A model generated the notes under the pieces. The model had not been told where the DNA came from. It worked only from the letters and a program-made list of their open reading frames with translations, and did no database searches. DNA of 61,991 nt, from assembly GCA_041483195.1 (NCBI GenBank), contig JBGPFC010000025.1:1-61991 (forward strand). The letters run 5' to 3'. Positions 47,428 to 58,100 of the stretch are shown here, one piece after another; position 1 is the stretch's first letter, and the number at the start of each line of letters is the position of its first letter. The position numbers and the translations under genes are program-made. Origin of the DNA: Candidatus Eiseniibacteriota bacterium. GTDB taxonomy: Bacteria; Eisenbacteria; RBG-16-71-46.

Positions 47428-48804
47428 ATGATCGTCATGAAATTCGGCGGCACCTCGGTGGGCGTGCCCGATTCGTTTCGCGTCGCGGTCGGACTCGTGC
47501 GCGAGCGCGTGCCGCGCGATCCGGTGGTGGTGGTGAGCGCGCTCTCCGGCGTCACCAACCTGCTCGTCGAGTTCTGCCGGTCTCCCGAGCATCGCCCCGA
47601 GCTGGCGGATCGCCTCGTGGAGCGCCACGTCGCGCTCGCGCGCGAGGTGGGGGTGAGCCCGGCCGAGATCGCGCCGTTGATCGACGCATGGCGCGAGGAA
47701 GCCGGGCGCCATCGCGCATCGCGCGCGCCGCTCGCCGCCGCCGAACGCGACGCCGTGCTCGCCTACGGCGAGCGGCTCTCCGCCGCGCTGTTCGCGGCCG
47801 GGCTGCGCGAGGCGGGGGTTCCCGCGACCGCGATGCTCGCCGGCGACGCGGGGCTCGTGACCGACGAGCGCTTCGGCGCGGCCCACCCCGCGCCCGAATC
47901 GGGCGCGCTCCTGCGGCAGTCGCTGGCGCGCCGCCCGCCGCTGCCGGTGGTGACGGGGTTCCTCGGACGCACCCTCGACGGCCGGATCACGACGCTCGGC
48001 CGCGGCGGATCCGACTACACCGCGGCGCTGATCGGCGCGGCGCTCGGGGCCGAGGAGATCCAGATCTGGACCGACACCAGCGGCATGCTCTCCGCCGATC
48101 CGCGGATCGTCCCCGAGGCGAGGCCGGTGCCGCGGCTCTCGTTCGCGGAGGCGAGCGAGCTCGCATACTTCGGCGCGAAGGTGCTCCATCCCAAGACGCT
48201 GTTGCCCGCGATCGAGCGCGAGATCCCGGTGCGCGTGCTCAACACTGCGCGGCCCGGCGATCCCGGCTCGCTGGTTACCGCGACCGCCGCGCCCGCGGAG
48301 GCCGGCTGGCGCGTGAAATCTATCGCGTGCAAGAAGGGCATCACCGCCGTCACCATCGCGTCGTCGCGCATGCTGCTCGCGCACGGATTCCTCGCGCGCG
48401 TGTTCGAGGTGTTCGGGCGGCATCACGTGGTGGTGGATCTCGTCACGACCTCGGAGGTCTCGATCTCGGTGACGGTGGACGACGTCTCGCGTCTCGATGA
48501 GGCCGTGGCCGAGCTCGAAGGGATCGGCCGCATCGAGGTGAAGCGCGGCCTCGCGGTGATCGCGGTAGTGGGCGAGGGCGCGCCGCGTCAGCTGGGGCTG
48601 GCGGGCCACGTGTTCACGCTGCTGGGCGGGGTCGGGATCGCCGTCGAGATGATCTCGCAGGGCGCCTCCCGCGTGAACCTCTCGTTCGTCGCGGCCGAGG
48701 AGGACGCGGACCGCGCGGTGCGCCTGCTCCACCGCGGGCTGGGGCTCGACCTCGAGGACGCCGGACAGGCGCAGGCCGGTCACACTCCGCGCGCGGTGTG
48801 GTAA
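47428..48804 (+). CDS. lysC: Aspartate kinase
   Basis: KFGGTSV, VVVSA, GERLS, TTLGRGGSDY, WTD..G..SADPR, ELAYFGAKVLHP, two ACT domains. Confidence 0.95.
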   Translation: MIVMKFGGTSVGVPDSFRVAVGLVRERVPRDPVVVVSALSGVTNLLVEFCRSPEHRPELADRLVERHVALAREVGVSPAEIAPLIDAWREEAGRHRASRAPLAAAERDAVLAYGERLSAALFAAGLREAGVPATAMLAGDAGLVTDERFGAAHPAPESGALLRQSLARRPPLPVVTGFLGRTLDGRITTLGRGGSDYTAALIGAALGAEEIQIWTDTSGMLSADPRIVPEARPVPRLSFAEASELAYFGAKVLHPKTLLPAIEREIPVRVLNTARPGDPGSLVTATAAPAEAGWRVKSIACKKGITAVTIASSRMLLAHGFLARVFEVFGRHHVVVDLVTTSEVSISVTVDDVSRLDEAVAELEGIGRIEVKRGLAVIAVVGEGAPRQLGLAGHVFTLLGGVGIAVEMISQGASRVNLSFVAAEEDADRAVRLLHRGLGLDLEDAGQAQAGHTPRAVW

Positions 48805-48866
48805 TACTTCCCGCCATCCGGCCGAGCGTCACCCCACGCGTTCAGTCCAGATCGAGCGAGGCAGCC

Positions 48867-50552
48867 ATGCAATCGAGTCGCCGTCTGTTTCTCACGCTGA
48901 CCGCCCTCTTCACCCTGAGCGCCGCGCTGCCGGCTCGGGGCACGGCTCAGCCGATGAGTCACTCGAATCACTCGGGCGTGAGGATGACCGCCGCCCCGAT
49001 GTTCGAGGGGCTCGGGCCCTATCACCGCGCGATCTCCACGAAGTCGGACCTCGCGCAGCGTTTCTTCGACCAGGGCATGAATTTCATGTGGGGGTTCAAC
49101 CTCCAGGAGGCGCAGCGCTCCTTCGAGGCGGCGACCGTCGCCGATCCCCAGTGCGCGATGTGCCAGTGGGGCGTGGCGCTCAGCCTCGGCCCGCACTTCA
49201 ACATCCCCGCGCTTCCCGAGCGCACGGTGGCCGCGAACGCGGCGGTTCAGAAGGCGCGCAGGCTCGAGGCCAAGGCGAGCCCGGTCGAGAAGGCGCTGAT
49301 CGAGGCGCTCGCGAAGCGCTACGCGAGCCCGGCGCCGGCCAATCCCGACGACCAGAAGAAGCTGGACACCGCATACGCCGACGCGATGCGCGGCGTCATG
49401 GAGCAGTTCCCAGACGACGATGACGTGGCCGCGCTGTTCTGCGAGGGGATGATGGACCTGAGGCCGTGGGACCTGTACACGGTCGACGGCCAGCCGAACC
49501 CCGGCACCGACGAGATCGTCACGACGCTCGAGAAGATCCTCGCGCGCAATCCCGACCACCCGGGGGCGAACCACTACTACATCCACGCGGTGGAGCCGGT
49601 GCACCCCGAGAAGGCGGTGCCATCGGCGGACCGGCTGCGCGCCCGCAACAGCCTGATCGGGCACATGACGCACATGCCATCGCACATCTACGAGCGGGTG
49701 GGGCGCTACGACGAGGCGTTCGAGGCCAACCGCCGCGCGGTCGAGATGGACTCGAAGTACGAGGCGAAGGCGGCGCCGATCCCGCCCGAGAGCTTCTACC
49801 CGATGTATGCGGCTCACGACGCGCAGTTCCTGGCCGCCACCGCGATGACGCAGGGGCGCGCCGCCGACGCGATGCACTACGCGCGGCTCAGCCTCGAGAA
49901 GATCCCGGTCGAGATGTTCTACCAGATGCCGGGCTTCGACATCTTCCTGATGACGCCGGTCCTGGTGCAGGCGCGCTTCGGACAGTGGGACGATCTGCTC
50001 AAGGAACCCGCGCCGCCGCCGGGCCTCGACTTCGCGGCGGCGATGTGGCACTACGGGCGCGGACTCGCCTTCGCGGCCAGGGGGAAGCTCGACGCCGCGA
50101 CCGCCGAGCTCGACAGCCTGACCGCGCGCGGCAAGGGCCTGCCCGCCGACGCGCTCGAAGACATCAACTCGGCTCGCGCGCTGCTCGACATCGCGACCAA
50201 CGTGCTGGGCGGCATGATCGCGGCGAAGCGCGAGAAATTCGACGACGCGATTCGCCTGCTCACCGCGGCGGTGACGGGCGAGGATCAGACCAGGTACTCG
50301 GAGCCGCCCGATTGGCTCACGCCGGCGCGGCATCAGCTGGGGGCGGTGCTGCTGCTGGCGGGGCGCGTGACCGAGGCCGACGCGGTGTACCGCGAGGATC
50401 TGCGGCGCAACCCCCAGAACGGCTGGTCGCTCTACGGTCTCTCGGAGAGCCTGCGCCGGCAGGAGAAGGACGCGGAAGGGCGCGCGGTGCACGCGCGCTT
50501 CGAGAAGGCGTTCGAGCACGCCGACACGAAAATCAACGCGAGCAGCTTCTAG
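48867..50552 (+). CDS. Secreted TPR-repeat protein
   Basis: SRRLFL Tat-like signal; AQRFFDQG...GFN..EA.RSF, HPGANHYYIH, HMPSHIY, NGWSLYGL. Confidence 0.8.
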   Translation: MQSSRRLFLTLTALFTLSAALPARGTAQPMSHSNHSGVRMTAAPMFEGLGPYHRAISTKSDLAQRFFDQGMNFMWGFNLQEAQRSFEAATVADPQCAMCQWGVALSLGPHFNIPALPERTVAANAAVQKARRLEAKASPVEKALIEALAKRYASPAPANPDDQKKLDTAYADAMRGVMEQFPDDDDVAALFCEGMMDLRPWDLYTVDGQPNPGTDEIVTTLEKILARNPDHPGANHYYIHAVEPVHPEKAVPSADRLRARNSLIGHMTHMPSHIYERVGRYDEAFEANRRAVEMDSKYEAKAAPIPPESFYPMYAAHDAQFLAATAMTQGRAADAMHYARLSLEKIPVEMFYQMPGFDIFLMTPVLVQARFGQWDDLLKEPAPPPGLDFAAAMWHYGRGLAFAARGKLDAATAELDSLTARGKGLPADALEDINSARALLDIATNVLGGMIAAKREKFDDAIRLLTAAVTGEDQTRYSEPPDWLTPARHQLGAVLLLAGRVTEADAVYREDLRRNPQNGWSLYGLSESLRRQEKDAEGRAVHARFEKAFEHADTKINASSF

Positions 50553-50959
50553 CGCCGCCGCTGCGCGAGCGGGATCACGAGCTTGAGCCCGCTCAGGCGC
50601 TCGGAGAACGCGATCACCTTCACGTCCACGAGGCCCTGGGCGAGCGCTGCGCTGCGGATCAGGCCCTCGCCGATGTGCTTCTGGCCCTTGGGCCAGATCG
50701 TCCAGATCGCGCCCTCCGGCCGGATCGCGCGGCGGAGCGTGGCGAGCCACGCGAGCGGCTTCGCGTCCTCGACGCCGAGGAAGATGAGGTCGCTCTGCTT
50801 CCGCGGTCGCGCCACGGCGATGTCGGACGTGCGCTCGCGCAGCTCGGCGAGAAAATCGGAATCCTCCACGCCGATCAACGCGACCCGCATGCCGGGCTTC
50901 ACGCCCAGCTTGTCCATGCGGCTGCGCTTCGAGTAGCCGGCCTGTGGCGCGGGGCTCAT
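50549..50959 (-). CDS. DUF3052-like protein
   Basis: AGYS....KLGVKPG...GAIWTIWPK...GLVDVKV. Confidence 0.75.
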   Translation of the reverse strand: MSPAPQAGYSKRSRMDKLGVKPGMRVALIGVEDSDFLAELRERTSDIAVARPRKQSDLIFLGVEDAKPLAWLATLRRAIRPEGAIWTIWPKGQKHIGEGLIRSAALAQGLVDVKVIAFSERLSGLKLVIPLAQRRR

Positions 50960-50972
50960 GCGCGGGACGCGC

Positions 50973-52331
50973 TCAGTACCGATACTCGATGCGCAGCGGG
51001 TACACGCCGGGCGCGTTCACCGCGAGCGCGGCGGGCGAGAGCTCGAGCCGCCACGACGATCGGTCGGTCTGCGCCCGCTTCGCCTCGCGGAGGAACGAGC
51101 GATAGGTCGCCGCGAATCCCAGCGCTGAGCCCACCATGCTCGCCGTCATCAGGTAGCGGCCGTTGTCGTCGATATGACTCGTCGTGATGTTGCCGAACCC
51201 GAGTCCCACCGCGGCGCCGGCGAGCGTGCCGAGCGTGACCATCACCGACTGTCCGTTCGTGAACTCGGTGTCGCGCACCAGGAAATCGCCGGCGGCCAGC
51301 CCCACGACGCTGCCCACCATCGCGGCCTGGATGAACGGCTTGTGCCCCTCCGGCACGGACCAGTCCGTCACCATGAGCCCCGCGAACACTCCCAGCAATA
51401 TCGCGTCGCGCATGACGGTCGCGTCGCCGTAGCTGTAGGCGCGATGCGCCGCGAGCTGGGCGCCACCGAACATCCCCGCGGCAGATCCGAGCAGCATGAC
51501 GGCCGAGCCGTCGCGCTGGCGGCCGGTGTCGTAGTAGTCGGCGAGATTGGAGGCCCCGAGCGCGTTGAGCAGGCCGAAGTCGCCCAGGTTCGCGATGGTG
51601 GTCGCCGCGCCCGAGCTGAGGTTCGCCTTGCGCGCCCACGCGTATCCCGCGACACCCTCGACGATGCTCGCGCCCATCGCGGCCCCCGTGGCGCCGCGCC
51701 CTCCGCCTTCTGGCCCGGTCGCGAGATCGTGGATCAGGACGCCGTGGACGATCCCCCGCGTCATCCCGTAGAGCGCAAGGTTGGTCATGCCGTACGAGAC
51801 CGGCTGGGTGCCGGTCGCCGCGAACGGGAGGAAGAAGCTCCCGCCCGCGGTCAGCAGATAGGTGCCGGCGATGACCTGGCCGTCCGTCATGTCGGTCGCG
51901 ACCGGGAGCGCCCAGCCGTAGAAGCTCACGCCCAGCAGCGTGCTGCTCACCAGCAGCCACACGCGCCCCTCCTGGTTGACGGCCGCGGAGGGCGCCAGCG
52001 CGCCGACCAGCATGGTGACCCGCGCGCGCAGCGAGTCGGCGCCGGCGGCCGAGAGCGGGAGGCGTTCCCGCGTCAGCTGGCCCTTCTGGATGGTCGTGAT
52101 CTCGAGCACCAGGCTCGAGTCCGCGGCGCGAAACAGCCGCGCCTCCTGGAATCCGGGATAGCGGCCGGTGAAGAGGCCGACGCGGGCGGCCAGCCTGGCG
52201 TCGATGCGCTCGATGCGTCCCGCGCGGTCGATCGGCACCTGCGTTTCCTGCGCGCGGGCGGTGGAAGCCGGCGCGATCGCGAGCAGCGCGAGGAGCATCG
52301 CGCCCGCGGCGTGGCGGAGGGCGGGTCTCAC
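50973..52331 (-). CDS. Hypothetical membrane protein with Gly/Ala-rich repeated hydrophobic segments
   Basis: Signal peptide (ARAQ), many GA..G motifs; GTGA overlap with the ycaQ stop. Confidence 0.7.
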   Translation of the reverse strand: MRPALRHAAGAMLLALLAIAPASTARAQETQVPIDRAGRIERIDARLAARVGLFTGRYPGFQEARLFRAADSSLVLEITTIQKGQLTRERLPLSAAGADSLRARVTMLVGALAPSAAVNQEGRVWLLVSSTLLGVSFYGWALPVATDMTDGQVIAGTYLLTAGGSFFLPFAATGTQPVSYGMTNLALYGMTRGIVHGVLIHDLATGPEGGGRGATGAAMGASIVEGVAGYAWARKANLSSGAATTIANLGDFGLLNALGASNLADYYDTGRQRDGSAVMLLGSAAGMFGGAQLAAHRAYSYGDATVMRDAILLGVFAGLMVTDWSVPEGHKPFIQAAMVGSVVGLAAGDFLVRDTEFTNGQSVMVTLGTLAGAAVGLGFGNITTSHIDDNGRYLMTASMVGSALGFAATYRSFLREAKRAQTDRSSWRLELSPAALAVNAPGVYPLRIEYRY

Positions 52332-53638
52332 GCGCGACGGCCTTCCGGCGCGGACGCGCGTGCCGCGCCGTTCAACGCGCGCGCGAGCGGAGCGCGCAGC
52401 CGGGCCGGGTCCACGCGGCCCGGCGTCACGCGCTCGGCGCCCACGAAGGTCGCGAGCGAGGCCACGGAGTCCGCGATCCCGGCGAGCGCGGCGTCGAGAT
52501 CGACAGCGCCCCACGACACAGCGGGCGGGCGCTCGCCCTTCGCGAGCCACGGCTCGATGTGCACGCGCTTCACCTCGAGCCGCCGCTCCGCGCGATGGTT
52601 CTTCGCGTCCACCCGCCCGATCAGCTGCCCGTCGTGGAAGATCGGGAGCGTGTAGTAGCCATGCACGCGCTTCTGCCCCGGCGTGTACACCTCGATGCGA
52701 TATTCGAAGCCGAACAGGCGCTGCGTCCGCTCGCGGTGCCAGAGGAACGAGTCGAACGGCGAGAGCAGCGTGGTGCCGCGCGCGGGAACGCGGCGCCGCG
52801 CGGCGGTCTCGAGCGCGGGCAGGTCCCCGCTGAGCGCGAGCCAGCGCGCCGACTGCCCCTCGACCGCGATCTCGGTCACCTCGCCCGAGCGCAGCAGGTC
52901 GTCCACCGCGCGGCGGCGATCCGCGGGCTTGCCGCGCGACGAGGTGAGATACAGGCGCAGATCGATGTCGGTGGCGGCGCCCATCGCGTGCAGCGACTGG
53001 CGCACGTGCCAGCGTCTGAACTCGTCGGCGGTGGGCGGCGCGTGCGCGAGGGCCTCCGGCATCACGCGCTCCATCAGGTCGTAGCGCTTCTGGAAATGGG
53101 CGCGCGAGTGCACCGCCAGCTTCCCAGCGAACCAGAGGTAGTTGAGCGCGAAGTTCGCGGGCTTCCAGCTCCACCAGCCGGAGGCGCGCTTCGGGCCGAC
53201 GTGCTTGAAGTCGGCGTTGGCAAGCGGTCCGCGCGCGCGGATCGCGTCCTCCACTTCGCGCACCAGCTTCGCGTGCTTCTTCGCCCACGACGACCACCGG
53301 CAGGGCTCGTTCGCGAGGAGGTGCATCACGCGGCGCCACTGGGGCAGGTGAGCCACGGACACCAGGCAGGCCGCGTGCGCGAAGTACTCGAACAACACGC
53401 GGTCGCGATAGACGAGGCGGTCGAATCGCGCGCGATCGTACGGACCGAACCGGCTCCACGCCGTGAGGTAGTGCCCGCGATCCACGACGTTGATCGAATC
53501 GATCTGGATCCCGCCCGTGTCCTCGGCGAATCGCGCGAGCGCGCGCGGACCGAACCGGAGGCCGCGCGGGCGCGCGAGGTGCTGGCGCTCGATAAAGAGC
53601 GCGGCGACCGCGCGCGGCGGGAACGCGCGGCGGCTCAT
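52328..53638 (-). CDS. ycaQ: YcaQ/AlkZ-family interstrand-crosslink DNA glycosylase (HTH_42)
   Basis: Catalytic QxD (IQIDSINVV.R.H), LFEY..H, LLSPFD, LFGFEYRIEVY.P..KR.HGYY.LP, GRVDAK. Confidence 0.9.
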   Translation of the reverse strand: MSRRAFPPRAVAALFIERQHLARPRGLRFGPRALARFAEDTGGIQIDSINVVDRGHYLTAWSRFGPYDRARFDRLVYRDRVLFEYFAHAACLVSVAHLPQWRRVMHLLANEPCRWSSWAKKHAKLVREVEDAIRARGPLANADFKHVGPKRASGWWSWKPANFALNYLWFAGKLAVHSRAHFQKRYDLMERVMPEALAHAPPTADEFRRWHVRQSLHAMGAATDIDLRLYLTSSRGKPADRRRAVDDLLRSGEVTEIAVEGQSARWLALSGDLPALETAARRRVPARGTTLLSPFDSFLWHRERTQRLFGFEYRIEVYTPGQKRVHGYYTLPIFHDGQLIGRVDAKNHRAERRLEVKRVHIEPWLAKGERPPAVSWGAVDLDAALAGIADSVASLATFVGAERVTPGRVDPARLRAPLARALNGAARASAPEGRRA

Positions 53639-55066
53639 GCGCGACTCGCGCCCGCGGGGCCCGGCGGGTAGGCCATCGCGAGCACCTCGAGCAGGTGCGC
53701 CATGCGCGCGGGCAGCTTCCGCTCGGCGGCGCCGCGCGCCATGTGGAGCAGGCAGCCGGGGTTTGAGGCCACCACGATCTCGGGCGCCACCCGCTCGATC
53801 GAATCCAGCTTGTGCGCGAGCTGCGCGTCGGCCATCTCGGGATGCGAGAGGTTGTAGATGCCGGCGCTGCCGCAGCACCAGTCGGCGTCTGGGAGATCCA
53901 CCAGCTCCACGCCCGGCAGAGCGCGCAGCAGCGAGCGGGGCGGGACGCGCACCCCCTGCGCGTGCGCGAGATGACAAGGATCGTGATACGCGACCCGCAG
54001 CGGCCGCGCGGGATCGGCGCGCGAGGCGAGTGGGACCGCGCCCGCGGGCAATCCCACCTCGGCCAGCACCTCCGAGATGTCGCGCGCCCGGCGCGCGAGG
54101 CTCGCGGCTTCATCGGCCGCTTCGTCGTCATCGAGCAGATGGCCGCACTCGCGCAGCGCCGCGCCGCAGCCGGCGGAGTCGGTCACGACGTAGTCGAAGC
54201 GTGCGCCCGAGAAGGCGCGGGCGTTGCGGCGCGCGAGCGCCTTCGCGCTGCGGCGCAGGCCCGCGTGCGCGTGGAGGGCGCCACAACAGGTCTGCGCGCG
54301 TGGCACCGTGACCTCGCAGCCCGCGATCACCAGCAGCCGCACCGCGTCGCGGTTCACGGCCGGATACGCGACCTCCATCACGCAGGTGGAAGAACGCGAC
54401 CCGCGCGCGCGGCGCGGCGGCGGGATGGAACACCAGCCCATCGGCGCGGGCCTCCATGTGCGCGCCATGCGGCAGCGATCCCGCGACCCGCTCGAGCGCC
54501 CGCTCGCCGCGCGGCTCGATGGCGGGCGTCATCGCCCAGCCGCGCCGCGCGAACTCCGGCAGGGCGCGCCGCGCGAAGGCGGTGCCCATCAGCGCGGCGA
54601 CCGGACCGCGCTGTCCGATGCGCAGCAGGTCGGCGAGCAGGTGCATGCGCTCGCGCTCGGGAAAGACGTTCTTCAGCACCCAGGAGCCCAGCGCGCGCAT
54701 CGGCGTGCCGCCCGAAACCCGGCGCTCGAGCTGGCCGCGCGTGGCCTCAAGCATGCGGCTGTAGGGAACGCCCGCTGGGCACACGGTCTCGCACGCGCGG
54801 CAGTCGAGACAGTTGTCGAGGTGAGTGACCAGCGGATCGCTCGGCTCGATGCGCCCGTCGGCGAGGCCGCGCATGAGGTAGATCCGCCCGCGCGGCGAGT
54901 CGGGCTCGATCTTGAGCTCGCGATAGGTCGGGCACGCCGTGAGGCACAGGCCGCAGTGAATGCAGGTGTCCAGCTCGCGGCGCGCCGGCGCGTCCTCGCG
55001 ATCGAACCACGAGGGCAGGACCGAAGGCAGAGCGGTGGGAGGCGGGAGGATGGGCGCGGTGCTCAC
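53635..55066 (-). pseudogene. glcF: GlcF-like Fe-S/CCG-domain oxidoreductase subunit, frameshifted near 54388
   Basis: CIHCGLCLTACP, CLDCRACETVCP in one frame; CVM...QTCCGALH...YHDPCHLAH...CCGSAGIYN...NPGC in another. Confidence 0.8.
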
Positions 55067-55086
55067 GCGCGCAGCATAACAAAGGA

Positions 55087-55117
55087 GCGGGCGGGGAGCG
55101 CGGTCGCCCCCGCCCGC
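55087..55117 (-). terminator. Hairpin terminator after the large secreted protein gene
   Basis: GCGGGCGGGG/CCCCGCCCGC stem followed by TCCTTTGTT on the minus strand. Confidence 0.6.
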
Positions 55118-55149
55118 GAATCCAATTTCCGCGGCCGAGCGGTCGCGGT

Positions 55150-58100
55150 CTATCTCAGCAGGACCAGTTGCTTCCCGCTCGCGAAGCCGGACTCCTGGTA
55201 CCGCACGCGCATGAAGTAGACCCCGCGCGCCACGCTCCGGCCGTGATCGTCGAAGCCGTCCCACGCGAGCCGGTGCTCGCCCGCCGCGAACCGCTGATCG
55301 GCCAGCGTGCGCACCAGGCGTCCGCTCACGTCGTAGATCCTCGCCGCGACCCGGTCGGACTGGGCGAGCGCGAACGCCAGGGTGGCCTCGCCAGAGACCA
55401 CCGGATTGTTTCGCACGCTCACGGAGTTGACGAACAGACGCCCGTCATCGTTCTGCGGCACGTCCAGGATGGACGAGGGAGCGCCCGTGACGCTGCAGAT
55501 CTTGCCGAAGATGTTGTTGAGCGCCTTGTAGAAATAGGCAAGTCGCCCGATGGTCGAGCCGCAGTACCTGCCCAGCAGGTTCTCGATGTCCCATCCATCG
55601 GTGAGCGCCTGCCAGTACTCCGGCACGACGACATCGTGGAACACCCCCGAGATGTAGGGAGGCGCCGGCCCCACGGGCTGATAGAAGGTCGCCGCGGTCG
55701 CGGTCGGACCGCTCAGGTCCAGCACGTTGTTTCGGAAGATGCAGTGATTGCGAACGCCGTAGATGTCTCCGTTGGTGGTGATGACCGGCGTGGTGACGAT
55801 GTCGGCGCAAAGATTCGTGTTCGCCGAGACGACTCGATAGGCTGGATCGCGGAGCGTGACGCCGAGCATCGGCAGCACCACGCCCTCCGCCGGTGTGCCG
55901 ATGGCGGCTTCGACGAAGCCCTCGCCCTCTGTGAAGATCCCGCGGTGCTCGAACATTGTCCCCGATTGCAGGAAGCGCTGGATGATGCCGGCGTCGTCCT
56001 GGCTCTTGTCGTTGAACGGGCCGAGGATGAGACGGCTGATGTCGCCCGTCAGCACCAGCAGGATCCGGTAATACGTTTCCAGCATCGACGGCGTCGGGGC
56101 GATCTGCGAACCGGGGAACGTGGGCGTGCAGTCCTGCGCGAGACGCGCGCCCAGCGAGTTGGCGTTCGCGGTCAGCGCCTCGGCGCCCTTGACCCCGTAC
56201 ATGTCCCAGGTGGTTCCGGGCTGGCAGTTCTTGTCGTACACGAACCACGTCGGATCGTTCGGGTCGACCGGCGCGTCGGGCGGCATCTTGCCGTTCGCAT
56301 GCCACCCGTTGTGCGCGCCCCACTTGCCGGGTCGGGTCGCGCTCAGCGAGTCCGCGGTCCCGGCCCAGGTTCGCTCGTTGCCGCGACGATCGGCCCAGTC
56401 CACGTAGAGCATGCACGCCTGCCCGAGTCCTCCGTACGCCGTCTTCTTCCACGAATCCGGCAGCACGCCGAATTCCTGCCAGCGGTGGGCGTCGGTCGAT
56501 GGGCCTTCGCTCTTCTGAGGGAAAACGATCGTCGTGTCGGGGCAGTAGGAGAGCCCCGCCTTGCCGATGTCCTCGCGCACGAAGAAGTATTCGACGTGCG
56601 ACCCCGGCGTGAGCAGGCCGTCGGGAATGATCTTCGTGCCCTCGACGGTGTTCGGGAGTCCGTCGTATCCCGTGCACCAGCCGAACGGGAGGCACCCCGC
56701 CGGCAGCGTCACCCACGCGGGCACCGCGGCGCACGTGATGGCCGACGGGTCGCCGTTCGGGTTCAGCATGAAGCACTTGTGGCGCGGTACGCCGAGCGGG
56801 ACGTACCGGGGATCGAGCTCGTGGTAGGTGGCCGCGAACATTCCGATCGCCGGGCCCGAGTAGAGATTCCTCCCCTGCACGGGAAACACCTTCGCCTCGG
56901 GCGTATCACATTGCGCGCTGTTCCAGACCAGCGGATCCCAGCGCGTCGCGTGCGGCCCGGGCGGATGCCCTGCCGGAGCGCCCCGGAACCCGTTGAACAG
57001 GATGTACGAGGTCCAGAACGAGCCGTCTCCCGGAGCGATCGCGACCGGTGAGGTGGGAATCGCGCGCAGGCCGCTGGCTGGATTTCCGAGCGCGACATAG
57101 TTGCCCGGCCCGGGCCAGATTCTGAACACCATGTCCACCCGGACGTTGTGCCCCTCGTCGATCCCGATCACGTAGTCGCCCGGCGCATCGCAGCGCCCCA
57201 TGTTCCCGGTCTCGGGCGCAGTGTTGAGCCCGGTCTTGATGACGGCCGTGGTGGTGTCGAACGCCGCGAGGCCCGGCAGCGCGGGGTTCGTATTGAACGG
57301 GAACGCGTCGTTGATCCAGTGCCAGATGTCGACGCTCACCGGGTCGTGCTGGCACCCGCTGATCATCGCCAGCGATACGTTGTCCCAGTAGAGCCCATCG
57401 GGCTTGCCGCAATCGGCCGAGATCGCGAACCGATAGCACTCGGTGATGCTGCGCAGCCCGATGCGCAGCGAATCCGGCTTCAGGTTCGAGTTCGAGGTGC
57501 GAATCAGGCCCCACATGCGCGCCGGGTCGAGATTGTCGAAGCACTGCGGCGTGGGGTTGAAGTACATGAACTGAGGCGCGCGGAATTCTCCCCAGCACCT
57601 GACGCCGTCCCCAAACCCGCCGGGTGGCGAGGTCGCCTGGGTCGCCGGGTAACACTGAAAGTACGGTTGCCAGCCAACGCCCAGGTTCGGCAGGTCGGTG
57701 ACTCCCGAATAGACCTCGTACGCCGCGAAGTAGTCGTCGGCGTTCGACGTCATGTTGAAGGTGATGCCCTGGGCGTTCGGGGTGGCCGGGGAGCCCGATC
57801 CCGGCGTCACCAGGTTGATGGTGGGCGAGTAGATGCCGTCGAAGCGCTCCTGATCGGGGAGGACCTGGCTGAAGCCGCCGATCGCCTCACCATTGTCATG
57901 ATCGCCGGCCGAAATGACGTTGCCGTCCATGTTGCAGACGCGTTGCGCGGAGCCCGGAGGCCCGCACACGTCCTGATAGACCAGCGATGCGAGCGGGTGG
58001 ACATGTGGGAGGATGCCGGGCGGCTTGCCGGTGGACTTCCAGGCATCGAGCGGGGAGGTCGACAGGTCGTTGTCGATGTCGCCCCAATTCTCGAAGTCAC

